Assembly: GCA_020057885.1 (NCBI GenBank)
Contig: JAGVEX010000019.1
Span: 8,165 to 72,164 of the forward strand
Length of the DNA stretch: 64,000 nucleotides
Origin: a bacterium
GTDB taxonomy: Bacteria; Patescibacteriota; Patescibacteriia; Veblenbacterales; UBA10138
Direction: 5' to 3'
Part shown: piece by piece, positions 21,801 through 30,507 of the stretch
Position numbering within the stretch: position 1 is the first letter of the stretch
Layout: each line of letters begins with the position of its first letter
Made by a program: the position numbers and the translations under genes
Notes under the pieces: model-generated
Seen by the model: the letters and a program-made list of their open reading frames with translations, nothing else
What the model was told of the DNA's origin: nothing
Databases searched by the model: none

Positions 21801-23822
21801 AATATTTTGGTCATTCCAAGTTCCGATCCAAGTTCCAGCCAGTGCATCCACTCCGGCAATTTGCACATTGCTAACGCCACGCGAAGTGCCGAACCTCACA
21901 CCACCCAAAGTAAGTGTTGCACCTCCTCCGGTTACCTGACTTAAAGAGCTACAAGTTGGCGCAACCGAACACAACCCCGGACCAATTGGTGAATTATCCA
22001 CTGTAAAGTTATAAGTATTGCTTTTTTTGCCGCCTACGCCATCGCTATTGGTAACTTGCACTTCATACGCACCAACTGGCAAACCAGCCGGCACTTTAAT
22101 AATAATTCGATTATCCTGCCAAGAACCTAAACCGCAAGCCAGTTCGGCATCAGTAAAAGTACGAGCCGCTCTGGTGCCAATAGCAACCGGATTCATAAAA
22201 GTAACCTTAGCCGGCGCCGCACTAGAATTGCCAAAAAAATTACCGCCCACTGTTACAAATTGTCCAGGCGGACCGCTTTGTGGCGACAATGACCTTACAT
22301 AAGGACTGCTCACATCAATAAACTGTGGCGTGCTATAAACTGTTCCCACCTGTGCCACTATTTTTGTATTAGGCACAGCAGGCCAATAAGACAAGGGGAC
22401 TCCAATTGGTATTCTCAAACGAATTGAAGTTGTGGTCCAAGAAATTATATTATCAGTAGCTGGATAAAAACTATTGCTGTCTGCCGGCAAACCATTAAAC
22501 AGTACATTGTTGGTCGCTAATCCTAAATTTTTACCAGTAAGATTTATCACATCACTATAGTAACCACTGGTTCTATCAATATTCGTAAGCTCTGGCGTGC
22601 AGTATTCAGTAGTACCTGTTTTAAAATCCCAAGTATAATCATTTTGCATGGTGTTTCCACAACTATCACTAATGCCACCCACTCCACCCTTTAAGGTAAC
22701 AGTGTAAGTAACATTGGGAGAAAGCGGTGTTAACGGATAAACTGTAAATGATTTAAAATTACTCCCTGGTACTACTTGACCGAGTGGCACATTATTGCCA
22801 CTGGCATCTGTTAAAGTAATATTACCTATCTTAGTTAACGAGGTAACACTCATTGTTTCAGAAAATACGGCCTGAATTGGTGTACGTAAACAAACCTCTG
22901 TAATGCCCAGCGCAATACCAGCATCTCTTTCTGGATTAGTTGGCGGCACAACTGTCGGTGCTACATTGTCTGTTTCTGTACCAGTTTTAAAATCCCAATC
23001 TTTAGCTGTATTTAAATTGCGTGGATTACCTTGCGAATCCATAGTCGCGCTCTGCACGCCAGTAGAAATGCTAACATGATAATCAGTATCTTTTTCAAAA
23101 TCAGGGTGGCTATAACTAAAAGCATTGGTCTTATTTTCCTCGGGCGAACCAACCGCCGGACTAAAATTGCCTGATCCTGTAACATCTACCCAAACATTAC
23201 TGGCATTACGATAAGTAACTTCTACATTACTTGGCACACTGGACGTTAATACTAAATCATTAAAAATAGCTTGTACTTGTTCGCATAATTTAACATCAAC
23301 TGCGCTATCGGCTGGTGAAACAGTGTCAACACTAAACCCGCGCTCCCCGCCGCCTGGCAAACAACCGGCTCCCACACAGCCTGTTAAACCACCACCATTA
23401 TTAACGCCCGTAGCACTTTCTAACTGTTTAAAAATAAAAGCCGCGATGCCAAAAGCGGCAAAAACAATTACCAAGCCAATAACTGCGCTTGATAATATTT
23501 TTTTTGCTTGAGCAATTTTTTCCTCGTTGCCTTGCGAGGTCATCCAAATAAACCCACCGTACAAAATCAAGGCAACCGCAATAACACCTAAAATACTTAA
23601 GAAAATATTAATTACCCTACCAACGGTTTGGATAATATTTTGATTACCCAAATTAACATTGCCGTTAAGCTCATCAAAACCAAAATTTTGCGCCGCCACT
23701 GGCAAAACACCTGTCCCAATACCAACACCAATCAGTAAAAAAACCAATATCCAAAACTGGTAACGTTTTAACCAATTAAATATGTTGGTAACCATAAATT
23801 TGGTTGAAAAATATTTATGCAA
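12870..23822 (-). CDS. Giant (3650 aa) surface protein: TrbC/VirB2-like pilin N-terminus, Ig-like (Big_5), IPT/TIG and many InlB B-repeat-like domains
   Basis: ILYGGFIWMTSQGNEEKIAQAKKIL pilin motif; W(D/Q)F(K/Q)TG-ended Ig repeats; GxxFG..W TIG repeats; more than ten G(S/T)GTVTS..INCG..F.GW.G.C repeats. Confidence 0.85.
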   Translation of the reverse strand: MHKYFSTKFMVTNIFNWLKRYQFWILVFLLIGVGIGTGVLPVAAQNFGFDELNGNVNLGNQNIIQTVGRVINIFLSILGVIAVALILYGGFIWMTSQGNEEKIAQAKKILSSAVIGLVIVFAAFGIAAFIFKQLESATGVNNGGGLTGCVGAGCLPGGGERGFSVDTVSPADSAVDVKLCEQVQAIFNDLVLTSSVPSNVEVTYRNASNVWVDVTGSGNFSPAVGSPEENKTNAFSYSHPDFEKDTDYHVSISTGVQSATMDSQGNPRNLNTAKDWDFKTGTETDNVAPTVVPPTNPERDAGIALGITEVCLRTPIQAVFSETMSVTSLTKIGNITLTDASGNNVPLGQVVPGSNFKSFTVYPLTPLSPNVTYTVTLKGGVGGISDSCGNTMQNDYTWDFKTGTTEYCTPELTNIDRTSGYYSDVINLTGKNLGLATNNVLFNGLPADSNSFYPATDNIISWTTTSIRLRIPIGVPLSYWPAVPNTKIVAQVGTVYSTPQFIDVSSPYVRSLSPQSGPPGQFVTVGGNFFGNSSAAPAKVTFMNPVAIGTRAARTFTDAELACGLGSWQDNRIIIKVPAGLPVGAYEVQVTNSDGVGGKKSNTYNFTVDNSPIGPGLCSVAPTCSSLSQVTGGGATLTLGGVRFGTSRGVSNVQIAGVDALAGTWIGTWNDQNITPVPVRTDLGNGQHSVAVIVPNLPPSNSITFTVPCSPAPYVIEDTQCSANFQSPSPAAGTTGVCRNALVAARFSTAMNPADFTVVGLAGSTTGNIQAWLCDATSASTSCTNPTPITFSSIILLPNNTEPTGFQLVPTSNLQANSWYQVTISRTMRALDGTPMDYNYTWQFQTGSDICSIASITVTASNGTSTGYIRSQNETQAYSASTQAINCNLLNPASYTWNPWTSSKTIATLTPGSDPWKVTASVTPPTSTNFPDTNPPIEITASAAGKSDTADLIMNDVACTSSIDCTACGPGVSTCKAGSCTPVIQDFSPTSGAIGTWVGINGCYFGSNKGRVIYDKVGGGTVDGLWPPSAICGNTWTNTQIISEVPDVSSANDARTGPITIERTDGVQKTTVTDYTVNAVVHPGLCKVEPNYSYETERGTTSATVTLSGNGFGATQGAGDVVNYQGSITTQATNYPSWSNTAVKAITPVTTAVEKDQRIFVTKNGVPSALLKFDVLSGSPTGPTERPRITDIDHIDGVAQNEVTTVVTIKGEHFGSGGIVKFGSHSASLVDCGYWRDNEIVVAVPALAPVNSTHNIEVITSAGTSWGNPLSIPAFRNPVFTVSTVIRPGICSITPVSGATGTRVTISGRNFTDNRKPIITGSFVSMACNPADFVPAISDCSVAPITEETLLPAVSNRYKLSNSTQVTGWNNKQITILTPLKVRTGDIRVSVDYGALGGDLRASNGVTFTGGPFITSLTPNTGPIGTWITVRGGNFGDEQGSVSFGGIPAGSLPAACTKPWADSEIIIKTPGIAVTARVRVTTHSGLITANDEIESKTFTANENIPLAPGLCQLNPETVVTLPLSVQLLGDRFGNFLASTQEGINWPSLAKPFLRVLPEVTTWTDSNLVLVPPIDTKTGDVTVQKVANVVVGRNCPLPKIQIGENCIGGWEDVIEQRILLSNPKKFTVNTGAVPNIPVSLRVISFVPQNNDTNICLNAVVVANFNTNINSSTVTDASFRLDNTTSNPFIPVVGQLKIEKSRVSFIPTTPLLPNNQYHLTVDASIRGVLGEVLDCGGVPGCEVIFSTSAEVCLIDKVTISPNSWSFTKSNERKEFRANALAKDGQLLTASYAWQKDDPNNLISLSSVTANPTFVTSGTRNGQALLKVTVNGGIAGVKQASAPLDIYICEVPWEFEDSQHNFRLRYCRAKTITGTLTPVLIGTNETESFNNISEWTVGNTAVWSISSAPQTFAPGDVSSISTRTIGLAPTNYSIGHTFINLEKDTSYSALVYAYVGANITQSVSGVMAIAPGTSCGWTQSTQLPRAEGWQAMQLVFNTGAQTIQTLCLGINADTSLTGTLTSVPIYFDNLTVKKIGASDILPALTVSVANPIPNEPVGNYEYFFKNPASPDAIGLRVYETSIDTMLPRTWYMSRPDIVKGGLNDVTVDGYSAVQDGTTVYISAPNLAEDPVTPPDAMYTDMYVMGYNRGAVTSTQTIYQELIKNWVFNTNLSALPDAKAQIKNDIKRLTDVARTIPKALDSYAATHSNSVPPLSAGSYEVGHSASTWYSWQQTLGAAMSRSLPVDPINKFKDCPTSYDSKTCWSADAKKFVEPCPAGSHVYQYRVLANSRAELSFNAEFKNVTWWKGTGSAITIPTTDECDSIKNLINYESPTLNVTSSGNGSVVSNEPTPKISCGLACSAAYAVNTKVALTALPRTGSRFIGWGGVCSSTVGPICTVDIITGTSTFSTSANFAENMYGLNITVSGQGSVTSNVASVPTCTTLTTTTCSTANIPSGTTIALTAVNPMDGSTIFAGWSGACSGTGTCTIMIRDAALSVTATFVPKQTLSLTVNSSGTVTSVDGKVNCGSGLPASGCTADYADGESAILNATPLAGYVFAGWGGACAAAGTSATCTIKLTGNVSVTANFTRISYSLQTQRTGTGSGTVTSTPAGINCGLICSFDYIGDSLVTLQAVPNSDSTFTGWTGDVPAICTPALPTTPPTTCQVTMNTAKNVTATFSIRGYDLTVAKEGSRANNIANIVKSNEPTPQINCGSDCVDSYTGGTSVVLNAAVALTDFFVGWDVNGTVRCGGNSSCTIIVVGATTVTATFEPRATLSVSTSTPIGYSTGTGTVISDIPSSDPIKCGSGGSHCIQAYQQSGTGTPPVTTIVKLIATPDSNSIFMSWLSALGAPCYGSTSLTCDMTMDQDRIITAQFAEKVTLNVIKGGNGTGRVTSSPIGIDCGSDCTGAYGKSSSASNAVTLTASADASSVFTSWSLASCGVALTCTVTMDTNTNVIANFALAYTLTVNKKIWISNTSTIDTIYHRVTSNPVGIDCGNGSSSCSARFVAGSIVSLMPSADYLNPPVPASLVGAYIFDKWEGDCTLSGQCTLTININKTVTAVFKLAPSQFLFARKAGNGTGLITSNPPGINCGADCDGLYQQGSIVSLIPQVTVGTFGGWRICTQVSAWPYNCIGAWTACPSLTGNQCTVTIPTTGDIIAEATFNANILTVTKGLSTGAGTVSSSDTKIDCGSTCSAPYNATDVVTLTAVPTLGSFEGWSGDVPATCTPALPTPPATCQVTMNTAKNVTATFTSHILTLNIASGGGGSGTVDLSTPSANCSSDACTYVYPGSPITTVTLTANPSLGSTVSWSGTDVPAVCKPALPTPPPSTCQVTMDAAKTVTVTFSTTNYTLNVTTTGSGVVTGPNINCLPSGVGCSWSYPAGTQVALVPTPDAGATFGGWSGACTNGTGNCVITMDGNKSVAASFTTAPFAVTVAKAGTGSGTVTSSPAGINCGATCTGSFTSSVTLTATPAAGSTFGGWSGGGCTGTGTCTVNSAVTVTATFNIIPVLTHTYNMVASWNFISLPFNVLNSATNVLFPTATSEAYQYLNGAYVGVTNLQVGLAYFIKFGYAEDVTITGFSAISNFSVPLPLGWNGFGSLSTSVPLSAITYSPGTIGDVYYYNNAWVAGVAQIDPGVGYMTKTSEAGTLTITK

Positions 23823-23863
23823 AATGATTTTTATTTTTTTAGAATTCGTTTATTTTGATACTT

Positions 23864-24316
23864 CTATTTTAATACTTCACGCACCAGTGAGCTAACTGTT
23901 TGCCCATCGGCCGCACCGTTATAATGCGCCATCACCGCTTTGGTAAGCTGGCCCATAGCATGGACCCCGCTTAAATTTAATTCTTGTTTTAAACGGACAA
24001 CAGTATTTTTAATATCATCTGAGTTAGGAGCCGCTGGTAAATAATTAAAAATTATTTCAGCTTCATCTTTTTCTTTAGCCGCTAAATCTAAACGCCCACC
24101 CTGCTCATAAAGCTTGGCTGCTTCTTGGCGCTTTTTTAATTCGCGGCGGAAAATCGCCAACGCGCCATCTTCGTCCAGACCAGTCTCTTTTCCTACTCGT
24201 GCAATAACTTCGTTATGCAGAGCAGATTTAAGTATACGCAAGGTAGCGAGCTCTGGTAATTTGCCTCGCAATGCTGAATTAATATCTGCTTCCAAACGAC
24301 TTACTATCTCAATCAT
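23864..24316 (-). CDS. yqeY: GatB/YqeY domain protein
   Basis: TLRILKSAL..KKRQEAAKLYEQGGR..E..YLP..MG; follows rpsU. Confidence 0.9.
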   Translation of the reverse strand: MIEIVSRLEADINSALRGKLPELATLRILKSALHNEVIARVGKETGLDEDGALAIFRRELKKRQEAAKLYEQGGRLDLAAKEKDEAEIIFNYLPAAPNSDDIKNTVVRLKQELNLSGVHAMGQLTKAVMAHYNGAADGQTVSSLVREVLK

Positions 24317-24340
24317 AAATATATTAATTTAAGAAAGATT

Positions 24341-24619
24341 TTATTTGCGCAGGGCGCGTTTAATCATAGCAATAGTGCGTGGATTACGGCTACGTAAATC
24401 CTCTTCTTCTAATTGACCTGTTTTTCTTAAATACTCTTTACGACTGCGTATAGATAAACGACGCACAGCGTCTTCACGTTGTTCACGCTTGGTTTTGGGT
24501 GTCTCAAAAAAGCGCCTCTTTTTGGTTTGTAGAATCAAACCAGACTGTTGAACGCGCTTTGAAAAACGGCGAAGCATACCTTCTACCGATTCTCCTTCTT
24601 TACGTTTTACTTCTATCAC
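24341..24619 (-). CDS. rpsU: 30S ribosomal protein S21
   Basis: ESVEGMLRRFSKRVQQSG..RRFFETPK; SD AGGAGGTG upstream of GTG start. Confidence 0.88.
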   Translation of the reverse strand: MIEVKRKEGESVEGMLRRFSKRVQQSGLILQTKKRRFFETPKTKREQREDAVRRLSIRSRKEYLRKTGQLEEEDLRSRNPRTIAMIKRALRK

Positions 24620-24797
24620 GGTAAATACACCTCCTTACTAAAAAGATGATTAAATATTTTACTATTCTATTATACACTATTTTTTACAAATAGTCAAATC
24701 TAAAAGGTAATTATAAACAAATAGCCACAAAACATAGTTAAATTGGCACCAACTAAAAAGCCGTCCCAATTAAATCGGGACGGCTTAAGAGGAAAAT

Positions 24798-27700
24798 TTA
24801 TTCAAATTCACCAACTTCTATTTTTCGTAAATCATCATTCTTAATACCCAATGATTTAGAACGCATAACCTGATAAGCACTATCACCATCACCCATATAA
24901 TAACGTTTACCATCCAACACGTACCAAGCTTCGCCACGCGACTCAACTTGCAGTAATATTTTACCATTAAGTCTATTCGACAATTTTAAATTTAAGGATA
25001 ACTTTTTTCCGCCAACCAACAAAGGATTATAATTATTTTTTATTTCATCACCATCTAAATAACCATCCCCATCGGAGTCTGGATTATTAGGATTAGTGCC
25101 TATGGCCACTTCTAATTTATCTTCCAAACCGTCTTTATCGGTATCGTTTAATTGAGAATATGATCCAACGCCAACAGAAATTTTAGCTAAATCTGCATTG
25201 TTAATTCCCAAACCAAAAGTTTTTAAAGCAGTGTAAGCGGAATCTCCGTCTTTAAGATAAAAACGTTTACCAGTTTTAGGATCTAAATACCAAGCATAGC
25301 CATTATTTTCAACTTGAAGCAAAATACGCCCCTTAAGACGATTGGTGAGTTTAGTATCAATAGCTCTACTAACTAATTTTTCTTGTGCCACAACCGCCGT
25401 TGATGTTGAAGGAATAACGGGGGTAGCTGAAAAAGTAGGAAGTTTCTGGGTAGCCGGTGCGGGAATAAAAGTGCTTGGTTTTAAATTGGTTGTACTGCTC
25501 CCACCACCTCCACCGCTGGTTGTTTTTATTGGTATATTATTAACTGTCACTATTACAGACGTGGAAGTGGCTTTATTTCCAACAGCATCACTGGCTACGG
25601 CAGTAATAGGATACTGACCATTAGTACTTTGAGTTGTGTCCCATTTGATAGTATACGGACTAGTAGTAATTTTATTTCCAATATCAACACCATTTAATTT
25701 AAATTGAACATCGGCTACACTAATATTATCAGACGCTTTAGCAAACAGAGTAATAATATTAGACATGGTAGAACCAGTTTTAGGTGAAAAAATGATGATT
25801 ATTGGTGGGGTGTCATCTTCTATTTGCGAGGGGTGCGCTGGTATAATATCTGGTATAATATTTTTTACTATAATACTAATTGGGGACGATACCGCTTGAT
25901 TACCTGCGGCATCTCTGGCTACTGCTATTAGTGTATATATTTTATCAATAGCATTGGTTGTGTCCCATTCTATTGTATAAGGATTAACTGCTAATTCAGT
26001 TCCTAAATTAGTGCCATTAAGTTGAAACTGAACGCCAACCACGCCTACATTATCAGTAGCGGTAGCAGATATAGTTACAACTTCACCAGAAATTATAGAA
26101 CCAGTCACGGGTTCAGTAATAGAAATTTCTGGCAAAATAGTATCGAGTATTCGGTATATAGCTGTCCTGCTGATAATAATTGACATCAATCCGGAACCAT
26201 CAATAGCTTGCGCTTCAATTATGTTACTACCTGAAGCTAAAGTTAAAGTAGCATTCCAAGAGGTTGTGCCAGTGGCAGTTTGCCACACCGATCCATTTAC
26301 TCTAACTCGTACAGATGAAATCGCCGCATTATCTGAAGCTGTACCGGAAACTGTAATATTTGCAGTGTTAAATATTTGGTTTGCGGTGGGTGAGGTAAGA
26401 GCTATAATTGGCGGAGTGGTATCAACTGGTGGTGGCGTTACATTTGTTATATTATAAGTCACACTTACACTTTGTATGGCTGAATTAAGGTTCGAGCTAT
26501 CAATAGCTTGCGCTTCTATAAGGTTGCTACCTGAAGCTAAAGTTAAAGTAGCATTCCAAGAGGTTGTGCCAGTGGCAGTTTGCCAAGTTCCTCCATTAAC
26601 ACGTACTCGGACTAAAGAAACTGATGCATTGTCAAACGTAGTACCTGAAACAGATGCTGAATTAGTTGTAAAAATTTGATTAGCTGTAGGACTGACGATA
26701 GAAATTGTTGGTGGGGTGGTATCAGAACTATTAGTTGAACCAGCGTATACAAATTTAAAGGCATCCGCTAAAACATATCCATTAGCATTATTTGTAATTG
26801 TTATAGAAGCGTGTGAGTTATCAAAAGAATAGGTACCAAGCAAATTCCATTGGCCAGGATTCACACGCTGATTAATGGTCAAATTCGCAGTTCCACCAGT
26901 ATGAACAATCGTGGCAGGAACATTTGTTGCTTCCATATTCGTTTGGTTGGCGCCATACCACCCATGCCATTCATACACGCGGTACTGCCCCGGCACGTTT
27001 ATTGTGGGACGAAACACCGCAGTCGCTGAACCATTACCCGCCGGAGCATAATGCTGTTTGTGCCATATTGGTCTAAAATTGTTAGGATTTTCAGGAGTTA
27101 TAGGTTCATCTCTGTATCCTCCTGGAGTCCAGGCAGGATTAATATTTGTTTCTGGATTACTTGATGCCATTGTATCCCAAGAGAATCCTGTCATCGCGGC
27201 ATAATCAGAACCTGGGCTTGTTCCAGCATATGCGTTGTCAACATAAATGTCAGAAACAACTGTTTTGTTTGGTTGTGTTACCAATAATATACCATCTCCT
27301 ATATAATCAGTGCATTTTCGTCCAGGATTTCTTGGCGATAAATTTTTCTGTAGTGTTATGCTTGTAAATAATTGTCCATTATTCCATGTGGGGTCTTGAT
27401 TTCCTTTTAATCTATAATATGGTCCTGCGTATCCTGAAAGTCCTTGTAACATAGTATTTGTAACGGTTACTGTCCTAGTGTCGTTACAATTATCTGGATT
27501 AACTATATATGCTCCATTGTCGAAGAATCTGACCCATGCGCCATTTGATAAATCAATTGCAGGACCTTTTGGATGTCCAAGATTTGCATCAAACTCATCA
27601 TAATACAAATAATAATTATGTTCGGCATCCTGTATTGAGAAATATACATCTTTCATCAACGCCCATCCAAGCATCCATCTCATATATCTATAGAATTCTT

Positions 27701-30320
27701 TCATTTTTGTCGCTGGAGGGCCATAACTTGGAGCAATCCACCCAGAACTAAAAGGATCGGCTAATTCGTAACCCGGTCCTCCACCATAGGCCGCCCTAAA
27801 ATCCGCGCTTAAGTAATTTATTTTTGGATTGGGTTCGTGCGCTTCAAAATAGGTTAATTGCGTCATATAATCGCTAAATTTCCAAGGTCCATTAACATAA
27901 AAAACGTCTTCCGAGCCTACACCATTAATTTTATCCGCACCCATACGACTAAACTGTATGTTATTGAATGTCTCAATATCACCCATGGTATGATAGGTTA
28001 TCAACTTCTGACCGCCAAATTTTTGCTGATACTTGTTTCTGATATTGTTCAGTGCTGTGTCATATCCTACTTGCCACATACCTGCAACAAGCGCTTCTCC
28101 TCCTTCTGACCAATCATTTACACCATTTCTATTTAAATCAACATTATTGTAGGCAAAAGGCATTTGCCAGCTACCATCGCTTCCAATACCGTCAAACGCA
28201 TTCCAGTCAACCTGCGTATCTATAAGAACCCTGGGGAACGCAGTATTATATTTTTCATTTGTGACCATATCATTATATGGTCCCACGGACCCTGTATAAC
28301 TGGGAGCATTATCTGTAATATCAACCATGCCAGGTGCATAACTTATTGGGAATCTTAAGCTATTTGATTGGCGTATGTACCATTGTTCTGGAATATAATC
28401 TATGCGGCCATGATAAAATGGCCCACCCACATTCCAGTCGGTTGTTGCCAAGTAATATGCATTAGGATTAAGTGCGCGTGTTTTCTTTATCCGCTCCGCG
28501 TCTCTGGCGAGAGTGATAACCATATCGAATTTACTCAAATATTCCGGCGATCCACTCCCCCATTGCAAAACATAAGTTCTGGGAAAATCATGATTGCTAT
28601 CTTTTAAGGCGGTTGGTGTTGAAATTATTGTATTCGCTACCGTCACCGTTATGGGCGCAGAAATACCTATATTTCCCGCCGCATCCCGCGCCACAACGGT
28701 TATGGAATGAGAACTATTCGCCACAGAGGCAGAATTCCAAGAAATAGAATATGGAGAAGTGGTGTCTTCAGAACCAACATTTAAACCATCTACGCGGAAT
28801 TGAACACCTGCTACACCTACGTTATCAGTAGCAGAGGCGGAAAGTGTAATTGTTCCAGAAGCTGTAAATCCGCTTACGGGAGCAATAACAGAAACGGACG
28901 GCGAAGTTGTATCACTGGACGAAATCGTTTGCGTTGTTCCAGAAACAGAGACGGATTGGGACGAAATATTTCCAGCGGCATCATAAGCAGACACAGTATA
29001 ACTGTAGGTGGTAGCGGCAATGAGGCTAGTATTGGAATATGATGTAGTGTTAGAAGTTCCTATTTGAGTGCCACTTCGATAAATACGGTATCCAACAACA
29101 CCTACATTATCGGTAGATGCAGTCCAAGAAAGATTAAGTTGAGACGAGGAGATGGGGATTACGGTAAGTCCTGTGGGGACAGAAGGAAATTGGGTATCAG
29201 CGGAAGGCGAAGAATTTACTGTGACAGTCCGCACTCCAGATGTATTTATGCTCCCTAAAGTATCTGTCGCAGAAGCAGAAAATGTATAACTACCACTTAA
29301 AAGATTTGTTTGCGTATTTTCAAAACTCCATTTGGTAGTATCGTATTTTCTAAAGGCGGAGGTATAGGCTTGCTGAATTTCAGTAGCACTAAGTGCTCGA
29401 TTCCATACCTTTACTTCATCCAACAGTCCGTTGTATCCATTAAGAATTCCGCAACAACTAGCATATCCTATCTCCAGCGGACTAATGGTATTAGGAACAA
29501 AGGCGGTAGTATTAACGGAACTGGATTGAAGAGTGCCATTAATATACATACGCTGTACGCTTCCATCGTAAGTAACCACAACCTGAGTCCAGGTATTTAC
29601 AGGAATTACTTGATTAGAAATAAGATCTGTATATCCTAATCCACGCCCATTGGCAAGATTGTAAATAATTCTTCCATCAGAAAGCTTAGTAATTCTAAAT
29701 CCTTCACCTTCTCCCATTTTATTAAATATAGTAGAGGCAAGAGAACTGCTTCTAGGGTTAACCCACAATTCTACTGTGTGTCTACTTAGGGTATTAAGAC
29801 TAGAGCTAGTGTTAATTAAAATATTTCCTGTTGTGCCTGTAAAATTCATCGCCTGGCCATATTTCCCAGTTGTCCAAGGGCACCCCGTACCTAAATTAGT
29901 ACAAGTTCCTTTGTTAGCATACAAAGAAGCATCGGTTACGGTAGTAGATGATAAACTTTCGCCTAAAGCAGTAATATTATCAAAATTAAACATGGCCACC
30001 AGAGAATTGTTGTATATGGCATAGCTTTGATTATTCCAATTCCATAAAAACTCTCTTATCCCGGCTGTATTGGTAATATCCATAATAACCGGTACAGTGC
30101 CTGCTGAAAAATTAGCACTGTTGGCTGGAGTAGTTATAGAAATCATAGATGTATCAGCTACTAATTGCACTCCCGCCACTCGAGTATTAGGTTGTAAAAT
30201 TGTTTTATAAACAAACAAAAATCCATGATTGTTACTAAACCAAAATCCGCCAGCCAAAGAAATAGTTAGTGCTAATATGCTAAATAAATTTCTCTTCATA
30301 ACCATATTAATAATCTCCAA
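24798..30320 (-). CDS. Large surface protein: LamG, FN3 and Ig-like repeats, putative glycoside hydrolase domain, golvesin/Xly-like CBM, C-terminal GRILLQVE repeats
   Basis: LamG WTQVVVTYDG/GLLDEVKVWNRALS; DTTPP..ATDNVGV Ig repeats; FDGIGSD..WVRFFDNG..VNP GH-like region; PGQYRVYEW..WNLLGTY..ADAFKFV; GRILLQVE..AWY x2. Confidence 0.75.
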   Translation of the reverse strand: MEIINMVMKRNLFSILALTISLAGGFWFSNNHGFLFVYKTILQPNTRVAGVQLVADTSMISITTPANSANFSAGTVPVIMDITNTAGIREFLWNWNNQSYAIYNNSLVAMFNFDNITALGESLSSTTVTDASLYANKGTCTNLGTGCPWTTGKYGQAMNFTGTTGNILINTSSSLNTLSRHTVELWVNPRSSSLASTIFNKMGEGEGFRITKLSDGRIIYNLANGRGLGYTDLISNQVIPVNTWTQVVVTYDGSVQRMYINGTLQSSSVNTTAFVPNTISPLEIGYASCCGILNGYNGLLDEVKVWNRALSATEIQQAYTSAFRKYDTTKWSFENTQTNLLSGSYTFSASATDTLGSINTSGVRTVTVNSSPSADTQFPSVPTGLTVIPISSSQLNLSWTASTDNVGVVGYRIYRSGTQIGTSNTTSYSNTSLIAATTYSYTVSAYDAAGNISSQSVSVSGTTQTISSSDTTSPSVSVIAPVSGFTASGTITLSASATDNVGVAGVQFRVDGLNVGSEDTTSPYSISWNSASVANSSHSITVVARDAAGNIGISAPITVTVANTIISTPTALKDSNHDFPRTYVLQWGSGSPEYLSKFDMVITLARDAERIKKTRALNPNAYYLATTDWNVGGPFYHGRIDYIPEQWYIRQSNSLRFPISYAPGMVDITDNAPSYTGSVGPYNDMVTNEKYNTAFPRVLIDTQVDWNAFDGIGSDGSWQMPFAYNNVDLNRNGVNDWSEGGEALVAGMWQVGYDTALNNIRNKYQQKFGGQKLITYHTMGDIETFNNIQFSRMGADKINGVGSEDVFYVNGPWKFSDYMTQLTYFEAHEPNPKINYLSADFRAAYGGGPGYELADPFSSGWIAPSYGPPATKMKEFYRYMRWMLGWALMKDVYFSIQDAEHNYYLYYDEFDANLGHPKGPAIDLSNGAWVRFFDNGAYIVNPDNCNDTRTVTVTNTMLQGLSGYAGPYYRLKGNQDPTWNNGQLFTSITLQKNLSPRNPGRKCTDYIGDGILLVTQPNKTVVSDIYVDNAYAGTSPGSDYAAMTGFSWDTMASSNPETNINPAWTPGGYRDEPITPENPNNFRPIWHKQHYAPAGNGSATAVFRPTINVPGQYRVYEWHGWYGANQTNMEATNVPATIVHTGGTANLTINQRVNPGQWNLLGTYSFDNSHASITITNNANGYVLADAFKFVYAGSTNSSDTTPPTISIVSPTANQIFTTNSASVSGTTFDNASVSLVRVRVNGGTWQTATGTTSWNATLTLASGSNLIEAQAIDSSNLNSAIQSVSVTYNITNVTPPPVDTTPPIIALTSPTANQIFNTANITVSGTASDNAAISSVRVRVNGSVWQTATGTTSWNATLTLASGSNIIEAQAIDGSGLMSIIISRTAIYRILDTILPEISITEPVTGSIISGEVVTISATATDNVGVVGVQFQLNGTNLGTELAVNPYTIEWDTTNAIDKIYTLIAVARDAAGNQAVSSPISIIVKNIIPDIIPAHPSQIEDDTPPIIIIFSPKTGSTMSNIITLFAKASDNISVADVQFKLNGVDIGNKITTSPYTIKWDTTQSTNGQYPITAVASDAVGNKATSTSVIVTVNNIPIKTTSGGGGGSSTTNLKPSTFIPAPATQKLPTFSATPVIPSTSTAVVAQEKLVSRAIDTKLTNRLKGRILLQVENNGYAWYLDPKTGKRFYLKDGDSAYTALKTFGLGINNADLAKISVGVGSYSQLNDTDKDGLEDKLEVAIGTNPNNPDSDGDGYLDGDEIKNNYNPLLVGGKKLSLNLKLSNRLNGKILLQVESRGEAWYVLDGKRYYMGDGDSAYQVMRSKSLGIKNDDLRKIEVGEFE

Positions 30321-30455
30321 TTTTTTAGTTTAATTTTTGGCTAATACTATTGATTTATATACTAATTTTAGCACAAAAATGACCTTTTGTCAACGCCAAC
30401 TGGTAATGTCCACACATATTGCGCTTTTTGTAGTGTTATAATTTACCCATAAATC

Positions 30456-30496
30456 AAAATACCCTGCCCCGTTAAATATCGGGGCAGGGTATTTTT
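30456..30496. terminator. Terminator after hisS whose stem carries a CCTGCC...GGCAGG palindrome
   Basis: aaaatac-CCTGCCccgttaaatatcggGGCAGG-gtatttt. Confidence 0.6.
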
Positions 30497-30507
30497 TAAG
30501 AACAAGT

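Noticed and set aside
13315-23511. Many plus-strand ORFs inside the giant gene (and inside 24798-30320)
   Set aside because: Antisense frames kept open by Thr/Gly/Val-rich codon bias.
12870-30320. Possible DGR target/template repeats
   Set aside because: The repeats are domain duplications without adenine-specific mismatches, and there is no reverse transcriptase in the window.
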